Shown in pieces: positions 39,622 to 50,400 of a stretch of 64,000 nucleotides of DNA (position 1 is its first letter; every line of letters begins with the position of its first letter). This DNA comes from an uncultured virus (IMG/VR IMGVR_UViG_3300043961_000090). Taxonomy: Duplodnaviria > Heunggongvirae > Uroviricota > Caudoviricetes. Below the pieces are notes generated by a model that was given only the letters and a program-made list of their open reading frames with translations, ran no database searches and was not told where the DNA came from. The position numbers and the translations under genes are program-made. Location of the stretch: IMG/VR virus record IMGVR_UViG_3300043961_000090; one strand, written 5' to 3'.

Positions 39622-41055
39622 ATGACATCAGTTAAAGCATTCATTCGTTCAAGTTCAAAGAAAGGAAAGAAAATTACTGTCAGATTACGCCTGACAGATG
39701 GTCGCAGAGGACAGATATTCTACAAGACAGCCCTTGAAGTTTTGCCCGATGACTGGGATAAAAAGACGGAGTTGTTAAAAGCCCGCAAGTTAATAGATCC
39801 CAGAGTTAGAAAAAACTTCAATTCAGCTCTCCTTGACTATAAGCGTGCCTTTGAAAACATCTATGAAGAAACCTATGACAAGTCTACTCTTAAAGATAAA
39901 AATCATCTTAATTTGCTCATTGACCAGAGAATTCATCCAGAAAAGTACAATCAGACAGACCACGAAGAAACTGTTAAAAGTTTTGGTTTTTTCGAGCAAA
40001 TACACCGCTTTTTAAAATACAAAAATTATCCCGAAAGCCACAGAAAGAGTTTTGATGTCCTTACCCGTCTACTCCACCGCTTTGAGGTTTTCAAACAGAT
40101 TTCCACTAACAACACATTCATTTTAGATCTTTCTACCATCAACTCGGATTTGCTTATAGATTTACGAGATTTCATCTTTAATGAATATATGCTTATAGGC
40201 AAACAAAGATTTCAAGGTATATATAAGCTATTTCCCGAACACAGAATCATCAAAAAGAGAGGTTATAACACTGTTATTCGATATATGAAACGACTTCGTA
40301 CCTTTATCAAATGGTGCCTAGTAGAAGACTTAATAAAGAAAGATCCTTTTGACAGATTTACTATCGGTGAGACTCATGACGGAAAACCATACTATATTAA
40401 CCTTGAAGAGCGTGATATCATAGCTGAAACAGATATAAAGGCGAAATGGGATCTTCTCTCTACAGAAGAGAAAAAACATATCAGCAAACATATAAGCGAT
40501 CATACTATTATCCGGCTTATCCAACAACGCGACGTCTTCATCTTTCAGTGTGTTGTAGGCTGTAGAGTTGGCGATTTGCTCTCCTTTACCCCTAGCAACA
40601 TCAATAACGAAGTATTAACATACGTTCCTCACAAGACTAAGGATAACATCCTGTCAACCAAAGTATCCGTACCACTTAATACACTAGCTAAAAACATTGT
40701 TAACAGATATATAGGCTGTAAAGATAACCATGGAAAGCTACTCCCATTTATCTCTGCTCAGAGATACAACAATGATATAAAAACCATTTTCACCCTCTGT
40801 GGAATTACTCGTGAAGTACCCGTATTGAATGCTGTATCAGGCGAATATGAAATGAAGCCATTGAATGAAGTTGCATCCTCACACATGGCTCGACGGACTT
40901 TCATTGGAAATCTCTACCGACAAGTAAAAGACCCAAATCTTATCGGAAAATTGTCTGGACATGTCGAAGGTTCTAAGGCATTTAACCGATACAGAGACAT
41001 TGATATGAGTATGAAGATGGAATTGGTCAGTCTACTCGACAGCCAACACAAATAG
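39622..41055 (+). CDS. int: Bacteroidetes-type tyrosine integrase
   Basis: N-terminal arm-binding domain, GCRVGDL, SSHMARRTF, LSGHVEGSKAFNRY. Confidence 0.93.
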   Translation: MTSVKAFIRSSSKKGKKITVRLRLTDGRRGQIFYKTALEVLPDDWDKKTELLKARKLIDPRVRKNFNSALLDYKRAFENIYEETYDKSTLKDKNHLNLLIDQRIHPEKYNQTDHEETVKSFGFFEQIHRFLKYKNYPESHRKSFDVLTRLLHRFEVFKQISTNNTFILDLSTINSDLLIDLRDFIFNEYMLIGKQRFQGIYKLFPEHRIIKKRGYNTVIRYMKRLRTFIKWCLVEDLIKKDPFDRFTIGETHDGKPYYINLEERDIIAETDIKAKWDLLSTEEKKHISKHISDHTIIRLIQQRDVFIFQCVVGCRVGDLLSFTPSNINNEVLTYVPHKTKDNILSTKVSVPLNTLAKNIVNRYIGCKDNHGKLLPFISAQRYNNDIKTIFTLCGITREVPVLNAVSGEYEMKPLNEVASSHMARRTFIGNLYRQVKDPNLIGKLSGHVEGSKAFNRYRDIDMSMKMELVSLLDSQHK

Positions 41056-41077
41056 CAATTTTTATCAGATTTACTCA

Positions 41078-41104
41078 AAGCCAGCCAGATAAGTTGGCTT
41101 TTTT
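41078..41104 (+). terminator. Intrinsic terminator
   Basis: AAAGCCAGC...GTTGGCTTT plus T-tract. Confidence 0.65.
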
Positions 41105-41189
41105 ATGTTTATCTAAGAAAAACAAAACGTTTGCCCACCTCCCTGAATTTTATTAACTTTAAGACAGACAGAAACAAAAAAGAATAATC

Positions 41190-41486
41190 ATGGAAATCAA
41201 AGAACTTGTTAAAGAGAAAGAAGAACAGATGATAGTTCTCACGGCCAAACAGCTGAATGACTTTGCTGAAGACTTAATAGAGAAACATCATAAAGATTTA
41301 ATTGCCATCATCAAAGAAGACAGGCAAGATAAGATAATCACACAATCTGAAGCAGCAGATCAATTACATATCTGTTCTAGAACACTGAAGAGATGGGCAC
41401 AAGCTGGACTAATTAATATCCTAAAGATAGGTGGGAAAAACATGTATTTTCAGAAAGATATTGATAGAATGCTAAGTAGTGAATAA
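41190..41486 (+). CDS. MerR-like HTH excisionase/regulator
   Basis: ITQSEAADQLHICSRTLKRW...KIGG..YF..DI. Confidence 0.85.
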   Translation: MEIKELVKEKEEQMIVLTAKQLNDFAEDLIEKHHKDLIAIIKEDRQDKIITQSEAADQLHICSRTLKRWAQAGLINILKIGGKNMYFQKDIDRMLSSE

Positions 41487-42231
41487 CTGTGAAAACAAGA
41501 AAAAATACAAATTTCTAAATATCCTAATATTAGGTTATAAATTTTATTCTATAGTAGAATATCCTAAATGTTTTTTAATAATACATATTTTCTTCTATTT
41601 ATGGGATAAAAAACTGAGCAATGAGTTTATCTTTAAAGGCGTTCAAGTGCTATGAAATCTTTTACATATCTCAGTTTTAACAATATTTGCATTTTCAAAG
41701 AAGTGGATTAATTAACATTTCTAACCCCCATAATTTAACTATTCTATTTCATCTAAACTTAGTCATTTATTTGATCTTATTATTTTACAATTAACCATAA
41801 AATTAACATCAGGAATCGCTAGTTATGTCAGAAAGGATATTTTCCACAACTTGTAATAACATATAATAGATCCATAGCCATTCCAAAAGAAGTAAAAATG
41901 TAAGAAGTCACACATGGATAAATACAATATAAAGGCATAATATAAAAGAAAGACTCAATTATTTCTTATTCTTTTTTAAGTATGATACTTGATAATTCGT
42001 GAATAAGCAGTAGAATGATATATGATAAGGAATCAGCTTTATAGTCACAGAAACGATATCTCTTATGCCTAAAGATTTATTCTACCTTGATATTTGCAAA
42101 CAAAAATACTGCAAATTCGCCTAAAAAATAAACTATTTAGATAAATTTCGATCTGAAAATTGCAGAAATAAATACATAAATTTGGATACAGTTTATTTTA
42201 TACTTAAATTTGCAATCATATTTATTACAGA

Positions 42232-42990
42232 ATGGCAACAAAAATAAACAGGATCATGAAGCTATCCCTGCCAACCGGTGTGATGAACACATCGTGGCTA
42301 GAGAGTCAGGGACTTAGTCGGGCAGAGCAGGGGAAATATGTGAAGTCTGGTTGGTTAAAGCGTATATCCACAGGAATATATAAGTTTAGTAATGACACAC
42401 CTACGCTTTATGGTGCATTAGCATCCTATGAAAAACAAATGGGAGGAAATTATCGCATAGGAGCTTCTGCAGCACTGGAGATTCATGGTTTTACCCATTA
42501 TGTCGCTGTCGGAAAACCACAGACTTACGTGTTCACACCATTTAATCACCGCCTTCCCAAATGGATGACATCTTACACATGGGAACGAGCGTTAAGAGAA
42601 TTTTCCACCAAGACGTTCGATGGACATATAGGTGTGACACAAGTGAAATACGAAGGCGTAACATTACAGGTCTCTACTCCCGAACTTGCTATCATGGAAT
42701 GTCTGTTACTTGCTCCCGAATATTACGATTTTATGGATGTGTATTATCTGATGGAAATGCTAACTGCATTACGGGCCAATATGGTAACGAAACTATTAGA
42801 GGAATGTTCCTCCATTAAGGTAAAACGCCTATTCTTATACATGGCAGAAAAGGCAAAACATGCATGGTTCAAACGTTTGGATTTGTCAAATGTTACCTTG
42901 GGAAGCGGTCCTCGAAGCCTTACCAAAGGCGGAATAAAAGTTTCAAAATACAATATCATCATATCAAAAGAATTAGCAGATTATGAATAG
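42232..42990 (+). CDS. abiEi: Type IV TA antitoxin AbiEi
   Basis: YVKSGWLKRISTGIY, STPELAIMECL, SIKVKRLFLYMAEK. Confidence 0.88.
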   Translation: MATKINRIMKLSLPTGVMNTSWLESQGLSRAEQGKYVKSGWLKRISTGIYKFSNDTPTLYGALASYEKQMGGNYRIGASAALEIHGFTHYVAVGKPQTYVFTPFNHRLPKWMTSYTWERALREFSTKTFDGHIGVTQVKYEGVTLQVSTPELAIMECLLLAPEYYDFMDVYYLMEMLTALRANMVTKLLEECSSIKVKRLFLYMAEKAKHAWFKRLDLSNVTLGSGPRSLTKGGIKVSKYNIIISKELADYE

Positions 42991-43882
42991 CATATATAAA
43001 GACAAAGTACGATTGCTCCTTCGGATTCTTCCGATCATTACAGATGAGGAATGTTTTGCCATACACGGTGGAACTGCCATCAACCTGTTTGTAAACAATC
43101 TTTATAGACTTTCTGTGGATATAGATATTACCTACATTCCGTTGGAAGATAGGACATCAAGCATAAAACATATCAATGAAGCCTTAGAGAGGATCAGTTC
43201 CAGAATAACGGAACTTTTGAAAGGTGTGAGAGTGATCCCACGACTGGATATATGCAAGTTGACATGTGAATACCATGGCTGTCAGGTAAAAATAGAAGTT
43301 AACCAAACCAAGCGCGGTATCATTGGAGGCAAAACTGTAATAATGCCGTTATGTACAAAAGCTCAGGATATGTTTGAGATGGAAGTCGAGGCGAGAATAG
43401 TGCCTCTCACGCTGCTTTATGGAGGTAAGATTGCAGCTGCTTTATCACGACAGCATCCACGCGACATGTTTGATATCAGTCACATGAGTATTTCTTTGGC
43501 AGAAGCCAAATATGGGTTTATTTTTTGCCTCCTAGGCAGTGACAGGCCCATACACGAGTCCTTTGCTCCAAGCCTGATAGACCAGAAAGAGGCCATGGAA
43601 AAACAGTTTACAGGGATGTCAGACTTAGATTTTACTTATGAGGACTATAAAAAAACGAGACAAAAACTGATAGAAGATATCAAAAAGATCATAACCGAAG
43701 AGGATAAGCATTTTCTAATATCATTTGAGCAAGGAAATCCAAATTGGAAAGAATCAGACTATGAAGAATTTGCAGACTATCCGTCTGTAAAATGGAAACT
43801 TTTGAATTTGAATAAACTCAAACAGAATAATCCGAAAAAGCTGATGAAAGAAGCTAATCGGTTAAAAGAAATATTTGAATAA
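42983..43882 (+). CDS. abiEii: Type IV TA nucleotidyltransferase toxin AbiEii
   Basis: FAIHGGTAINLF..RLSVDID, GKIAAALSRQHPRDMFD. Confidence 0.92.
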   Translation: MNSIYKDKVRLLLRILPIITDEECFAIHGGTAINLFVNNLYRLSVDIDITYIPLEDRTSSIKHINEALERISSRITELLKGVRVIPRLDICKLTCEYHGCQVKIEVNQTKRGIIGGKTVIMPLCTKAQDMFEMEVEARIVPLTLLYGGKIAAALSRQHPRDMFDISHMSISLAEAKYGFIFCLLGSDRPIHESFAPSLIDQKEAMEKQFTGMSDLDFTYEDYKKTRQKLIEDIKKIITEEDKHFLISFEQGNPNWKESDYEEFADYPSVKWKLLNLNKLKQNNPKKLMKEANRLKEIFE

Positions 43883-44010
43883 AATGTAAGTTCTAATCTT
43901 TGAAAAAGAAAAAATTAAAGCCCTCATCCTTTTGCAAACTTTAGGAAATAGGTAGACGAACTATGTCTTGCCGTAATTAATACTTGATGGCAGGAAAGCC
44001 ATCGTGCTAT

Positions 44011-44498
44011 TTCCCTTATAGTTTTAAAAGAAAATAAAACATTCTTGCAACAAAATAATGTTCCATCTTCTGTCCCAGAGCTGCGGTTCTGGCTTAAAGC
44101 AAGAACCGCAGGAATATCAGCTTGGCGGATATTCGGCTTTAAAGGAAACAGTTCTGCTGTATGGGTAGGAAATCGGCTACCTCCCAGTGCAGGGCTTGGA
44201 GTGATGACATCGTCATGAACGGAAAGGACAAACGGGAGGTGTCGGATGAACATACCGATACAGATGTACCGTTTCCGTTTGGGAGTATGGTGGGCAAAGC
44301 CTCCATAGAATGCCTAAGCCACTCTCCCGAAGCCTGTCCGTATCCCTATGGACAGGTGCAAAGAGGTCTTTCGAGAATGTTCACAGTGAAACCGTAAATA
44401 TTCTCAAGATACTGCTTTGCAGGGCGGCAAGCATATTTTTCGCAATGAACATTAAATCTTAATAACTACTCGTTTTGAAATTAGAATATCTTCTCTAT
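44011..44498 (+). repeat. ~490-bp direct repeat copy 1, containing a structured RNA-like element (~44055-44440)
   Basis: Roughly 90% identical by eye to 46853-47342; many stem-loops; terminal hairpin plus T-tract. Confidence 0.9.
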
Positions 44499-44522
44499 AG
44501 GATAAGTGCATTTGATAAAAGT

Positions 44523-46094
44523 TCATAGATAGAGTTTAAAATATTTCCTGACCATTGCCTTTAGTTGGCCGGCCGTCAGATTTGCTAATCCGGTCTTCTC
44601 TATCAGTAAGAACTCTTCCTTGTTCCTGCCAATGACAAACTTACGTTCTATGCCATCAATATTAGCAAGCAGATGAAAATTGCCTTTGTATGCCTGTTCA
44701 ATATGGATATTCGAGATAGCATGACCGTTGATGGCTATAGCAGGCATATCCGCTTGTTCTTCACATTGACCTTCGGTCCATGTCGGTCGCAACTCGGCAA
44801 AGCCGATGCAAGCATCGCTTTGCTCTCGCTGCTTCGTCCATTCACCCCACTCTTTCAGATGACCAATGATCGTTGTCTCAACTCTGCCGATCCATTTTTC
44901 TGTAACACCATATTTTGTGGCTATCTTGCGGAATTGTTTCAATGAACCAGCAATATCTCGGATGATCGCGTCTGGTCTGCGTATGCCATTGTCACGTGCG
45001 AACTGGATAGCATCATCACGGGTAATGTTCCGGAGCTTTGCCCTAATATACAGGCAATGATCTTCGTTTGGCAAGAAGCCACCATGATCTATTATATAAG
45101 TAATGTCATAAGCAGGCGATAGTCGCCAGTTTCCATCTTCATTCATGATGAACGAGAAGTTCTTATTATGGTCATCAGTATTGTTGGCCAATATATTGAA
45201 TACCATGCGACGGAACACCTCCTGACAATCAGACTCAGGCAAATGGAGTTTTCTGCAAACTACGATCAACTGCTCATAACTGTCTGCATCTGGATAGATA
45301 GCAGCCAACGTCTGCGTATAGACTTTCTTACCGCCATCACGATCAAAACGTTTGGTCATAAAATGATTGTTGCCTTCAACAGGATATAACTCTGATGGCA
45401 TCATGTTGATTCCTGCAGTTGTGGCCAGTTCATAATAGGTCATCTCAAGTTCTGCAGAGCTATACTGCGAATTACCAAACTTCAGTAAATAGTAATCGTA
45501 GTCTTTCAAGTCTGAAATCTGACCACTGCGTATCTCACCGTTTTTGCGATTGAGAGCAATGATAGCCTTAGGTTGTCTGCCACCAGCCGATGTACCAACA
45601 GTCAGTAACGACTGCATGGTGATGGATTCTTCAGGCATGATGCGAGCATTTTCTCTTTCCATAAAGATGTGTTCTGCTAAGTCAACCAACGATTTCAAGT
45701 CTATCTTCTCAGCCCTACGCTCTCTCGATGTCTCTGGAAGGAACTCCAAGGCACCCATACCTCGTTTTCCTATGAATGAGAGCTTATCAAGAGGAGTTAT
45801 ATCTGCATTGGCCAGATGGTTCTGTTGGCGCCATAGGTCAAACAGTTGATTCCCCCAGGCATCAGGTAAGGAGTCAGCAATAAAGGCTGGCAACTTCTGA
45901 TAGATCTTGGCATCCTCACCCCAAACAGGCGTAAGTTCTCTTGTTCCATTTACTGGTGCAACCAAAGGAGAAATATTCAGTCCCTTCTTAACAAACTCTG
46001 GATTATACATGAAATAAGACAACCTGCGCCGTTCATCCCATGCCAGTCTTCCAATCTCTTCATCCCAAAGAATTACCCTTAATGATTTGATCAT
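44523..46094 (-). CDS. hipA: HipA-family kinase toxin with C-terminal extension
   Basis: DSLPDAWG, SAGGRQPK, NTDDHNKNFSF, LSPAYDI. Confidence 0.93.
   Translation of the reverse strand: MIKSLRVILWDEEIGRLAWDERRRLSYFMYNPEFVKKGLNISPLVAPVNGTRELTPVWGEDAKIYQKLPAFIADSLPDAWGNQLFDLWRQQNHLANADITPLDKLSFIGKRGMGALEFLPETSRERRAEKIDLKSLVDLAEHIFMERENARIMPEESITMQSLLTVGTSAGGRQPKAIIALNRKNGEIRSGQISDLKDYDYYLLKFGNSQYSSAELEMTYYELATTAGINMMPSELYPVEGNNHFMTKRFDRDGGKKVYTQTLAAIYPDADSYEQLIVVCRKLHLPESDCQEVFRRMVFNILANNTDDHNKNFSFIMNEDGNWRLSPAYDITYIIDHGGFLPNEDHCLYIRAKLRNITRDDAIQFARDNGIRRPDAIIRDIAGSLKQFRKIATKYGVTEKWIGRVETTIIGHLKEWGEWTKQREQSDACIGFAELRPTWTEGQCEEQADMPAIAINGHAISNIHIEQAYKGNFHLLANIDGIERKFVIGRNKEEFLLIEKTGLANLTAGQLKAMVRKYFKLYL
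44764..44842. repeat. 75-bp palindromic REP/MITE-like in-frame insertion in hipA
   Basis: GCAAAGCCGATGC-AA-GCATCGCTTTGC hairpin; CATT at both ends 75 bp apart; locally GC-rich. Confidence 0.6.
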
Positions 46095-46100
46095 ATCTGC

Positions 46101-46412
46101 TTATTGTTTAGAGTGTCTGATTCGTTGTGCCTTCTTCTCATCCTTACGGATAAGATAGGGTGACTCCGGCAACTCAGGCAGCAAGTCATCCAGAGAATTG
46201 ATCTGACCGACAACCTTCAGCAGAAGGATGAAAGTGGACAGCGACAGATTTCCTGCCGTACCATTTTCAAACTTATGAATGGTAGTCAGTCCGATACCCG
46301 ATTGCTCTGCAACCTCCTTTTGGGTGAGATTGCAGCGCATCCTGTATTCCTTGAAGCGAGTACCAAGCAATCGTACCAGTTCAGGTGTGGAATATTCATA
46401 TAGGTCTGCCAT
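46101..46412 (-). CDS. hipB: XRE-family HTH antitoxin (HipB-like)
   Basis: LTQKEVAEQSGIGLTTIHKFENG; directly upstream of hipA. Confidence 0.88.
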   Translation of the reverse strand: MADLYEYSTPELVRLLGTRFKEYRMRCNLTQKEVAEQSGIGLTTIHKFENGTAGNLSLSTFILLLKVVGQINSLDDLLPELPESPYLIRKDEKKAQRIRHSKQ

Positions 46413-46852
46413 AATTCTTATTTTATACATTATTATAGTGATATTTATATCACTATTTTGTATTTTAAATTCATTTTATTGATATTTATATGTGCAAATA
46501 TACACGTTTTTTTGAATCAAACGAATTTTTTCGGGGAAATATGTGATGATCAGCCAACTTTTTAACAGTCCAAGGTATAAAGTGGAAATTTGAATTAAAA
46601 TGTAAAGAATACATATAACTAACTCATTTGCGGAATTCTAATTAAGGGAAGATATAAGAAGTTCTGTATAGCAATAGAAGAATTTCATCTGGATTTATCT
46701 CGTTCTTATTATCTTAGTTGTCTCTTGGGTAGCCGATTAGTGTCAGAATCTCTTCTTTTTCCTTTTTTTATAGCAGGAATAGGAGAATTTATTAGTTGTA
46801 AGAATTGTCAAAACTGGAAATACATTTCTGATAAAAGTTCATTATATTATTC

Positions 46853-47342
46853 TTCCCTTGTAGTTTTTAAAAGAAAATAAAACATTCTTGCAACAAAAAC
46901 AATGAGCCATCCTCTGTCCCAAAGCTGCGGTTCTGGCTTAAAGCAAGAACCGCAGGAATATCAGCTTGACGGATATTCGGCTTTAAAGGAAACGGTTCTG
47001 CTGTATGGGTAGGAAATCGGCTACCTCTCAGTGCAGGACTTGGAGTGATGACATCGTCATGAACGGAAAGGACAAACGGGAGGTGCCGGATGAACATACC
47101 GATACAGATGTACCGTTTCCGTTTAGGAGTATGGTGGGCAAAGCTCCTATAGAATGTCTTAACCACTCTCCCGAAGCCTGTCCGTGTCCCTATGGATAGG
47201 TGCAAAGAGGTATTTCGAGAATATTCACAGTGAAACCGTAAATATTCTCAAGATACTGCTTTGCAGGGTGGCAAGCATATTTTTTACAAGAAACATTAAA
47301 TATTAACATCTACCCATTTGGAAATTAGAATATTTTCTCTAT
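46853..47342 (+). repeat. ~490-bp direct repeat copy 2, containing a structured RNA-like element (~46898-47285)
   Basis: Homologous to 44011-44498, with several substitutions that preserve pairing on the + strand. Confidence 0.9.
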
Positions 47343-47433
47343 TGATAGCATGGTATATTAATTGAGATCTAAGAAATAAGGTTGTGTCACTGTAAAGTAA
47401 ACCTCAACCAAACTGGGTAATATTAGATACATT

Positions 47434-50400
47434 TCAACACAACTTTCTCAGTATCTCATTCACCATTTTCTCATACCACGATGCTATCTGAAGAGTAAAA
47501 TGACCATGAGAAAGATCAAAGGACGGCATAGAATTGATTTTCTTCAGTTCAGGAAATTCATTATGACAGAATTTATTACGAATTTCAAACAATAAATCCC
47601 AGTCCCCTTGATTAATATATCCCTTTCTTTTCAACCAATTCAAATAGGCTTCATGCTGGACATTAGGACCTTTTACAGTGCCTTCATTAAATAACTTGGT
47701 TTTATCTTCTGGGGAGATGACTGACAAAATACTCTTTTCCAATTCAAAAACCTTGCTGAATACTCTTTCCCGGTACTGTTCATAATCCTCCATTTCTGCA
47801 ACTAATTTATCAAAATCAATTTTCTCTTCTTTAAAATACGGGAGAAGATTTTGCATTCTTTCGTCATGAAGGAATCGAATAAAGAAGGAATAATCTTTTC
47901 TTTTCCTATGTGCCACAATAGTCCGATCATATAGACGTGCTTCCATATCTTCTTCCTCTTTAAGTGGATTTTTTGCAGAATTTGGATCTATATCATTAGG
48001 AGAGATTGTAAATGTTGAAATTCCTGAGTCAGAAGTAGATTTATTCTTTTTCGTGTTCATCTCCAAGAATACATGCCGTATCATCATCAACAAAATCCGG
48101 TCTTCCGTACAATAATAGCGGATTTTCTTTTCTTTCTCAGCTACAGCCTTTTTGAAAATTACTTTTAGCTGTTTTTCTGAGATTCTCTCCTTTTCTTTTT
48201 TGCATTGCTCAATAACATCATCGAGTATTGATTCATAATAATATTTTATGGGCCTATCTTCTGTTGGATCCACATTCACGACACACTCGTAAGGCCTATC
48301 CTTGAATATCGTATAATATCGTTTTTTATGATAAAATGGTTGTAGGTCTTTCAGCCACATTCCAAGCAATCGAGAATAGTTATAGGTCTTTTCACCATCA
48401 GAAATAGTTACTTTTTCTTTCAATCTAGTGATTAAAGCACTATCAAATAAATTAGTTGGCAGATCCGCAGGTTTAGGAACTTGTTTTGTAGAAGTAGAAT
48501 TTTGAGTTTGTACCGATTTCAACCAATTGTCGAAATCATGGACTAATTTCAAATTATTATCTAATTCCGAATTATCGTCTGCTTTAATCCATTTTTGATA
48601 AGTTAGGGGTACTCCTATTTCAGGCATACGAATCTCCGTTTCATTCTTTTTTTTCTTTTCATCCCATTTTGTGAAATAGAATGTCTTATGTAGCCAGCCC
48701 TTCTTTAATGATAAGTATTCTTTATAAAAATCCAAGGTTGAATTTGTCCTTTGACGATCCAAATCTGCAAGGAATGGGTGTCCCTTATCCTTATCCAATA
48801 AGTTCAAATCTCGCTTGCATAACTCCCAAAAGAGTTGCTTCTTTTCATTATTTGCATAAAGAGCTAGGCACTCCTGTAATAGGTCATAATAAAATGAAGT
48901 AATTTTAGTCTTTACATCACGATCTATCACTAGTTTGATAATATCACGAGCTAATTCTGACGCCATCTCGCCAACCTTTAGTTGTCTTCCCTTTTCTATA
49001 TCTTTTATCCGCTTCTTACAGTCTGTAGCAGCTTCCTTAATGCGCTCTTTGAAAGAGTAATTATTTCCAGTATCCTCAACATTTAGCCAATAGTCAATAA
49101 TACGACTCGGAATTTGTCGGCAATCCAATCCTTCAGGTTTCAATATAGTATCAAGATGAAGTTTTCTTTGATGGAATTCTGCCTGATATTCGTCATAGTC
49201 TTTTTTAGTTCTGTAATTTAGAGACTTTTTAGAATCAGTTGATATTCTTTTTAATAAACTGTAACAGGGTAACTGTTCCTTAATCTTATCTATCCATTTT
49301 CTGTTCAGTAAGCAATACTTGTTTTTATTCAAATAATTTTTAATTAGATTATAAGCGGATCCAGGCGAGAGCAACTCCAGTAATACAACCTTTGGTAATT
49401 CTGATATGCTCAAAAAAGCCTGTGGATTTTCCTTGTTAAAGGATATCTCTTGATTACTAAAAGCTAATGCAATTTTATTTTCTACAATATTATAATGAGG
49501 AGCATACTGAGTGAATTTTACTTCCGTACCTTTAAATAATTCTATGAAATCCTTTTCTTCAATGATTTTCTTCTGTACATCATCATTATAAGTTGATAAT
49601 TTCCCAAAAGTTTTAACATCTTTGACAATGCTTCTATTCTTTTCCTCAGGCATTTGCCCGAGCACACGTTTAGAATATGACTTTGTTTCAACTTTACCTA
49701 AATGAATTTGAAAATCATATTTAAAATTTTCTGAAGCATCAAGGAAGTTCAAAGCAAATTCTGGGAATCTGTCCCGACTTCGTTTTAATGTTGAAATGTC
49801 TTTCAAATAAGATTCATAGTCCTTGTCATCATATTTCGCATTCAAGGTTGGTTTGAATTGCTCCTGGTCATTTTTACCTAGGGTATTATATAATTCCTTC
49901 GGGGCACGTTGCAGATAGTTCAATGCATCCATAAGTACAGCCTGTTGAGGATTTTGGCTGTTCAGTTTATTATGAGGAAGTTTTACGCATAACACGGAAA
50001 AGGTCTCTCTTGTAGCCTGAAAATCCGGAGTTTCGGAATTTTTGAATCCACTGATCTTATTAAAGAAATGAAAAGCATTTTCTTTATCCAGAAATAAGCA
50101 ACAGAAGAATACCAAGCCTATTGTCGTCACTTGGTTCGTCTCGTCTACAAATAATTCCGGCCCGATTTTCTTTCTTACATTATCGAAACATTTATCTGAA
50201 ATCACATCTTGAAATCTTTTTTGGGCAAGTTTTACTGCCACTTCAAACAACTCTCTAAGTTGAAGTACTAACTCATTTTTAATATTTACTTTTCGTTGAG
50301 TGCCTGTATCTATGGAAAAATAATGAGTATATTCATTCCTAAAATCACACAGTTCTTTAAAGGCCATTTTTAGGAAATCAGCCAACTTCCCGATATCCGT

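Noticed and set aside
41490..42200. AT-rich 700-bp gap as a hidden gene or RNA
   Set aside because: No ORF of 60 aa or more, and no repeat or clear structure; possibly decayed cargo
43924..44397. ORFs within the 490-bp repeats (also 46867-47205, 47005-47199)
   Set aside because: Starts and stops differ between copies, while substitutions favour RNA pairing over coding conservation
44011..47342. Composite transposon (IS-hipBA-IS)
   Set aside because: No transposase, terminal inverted repeats or target duplication visible
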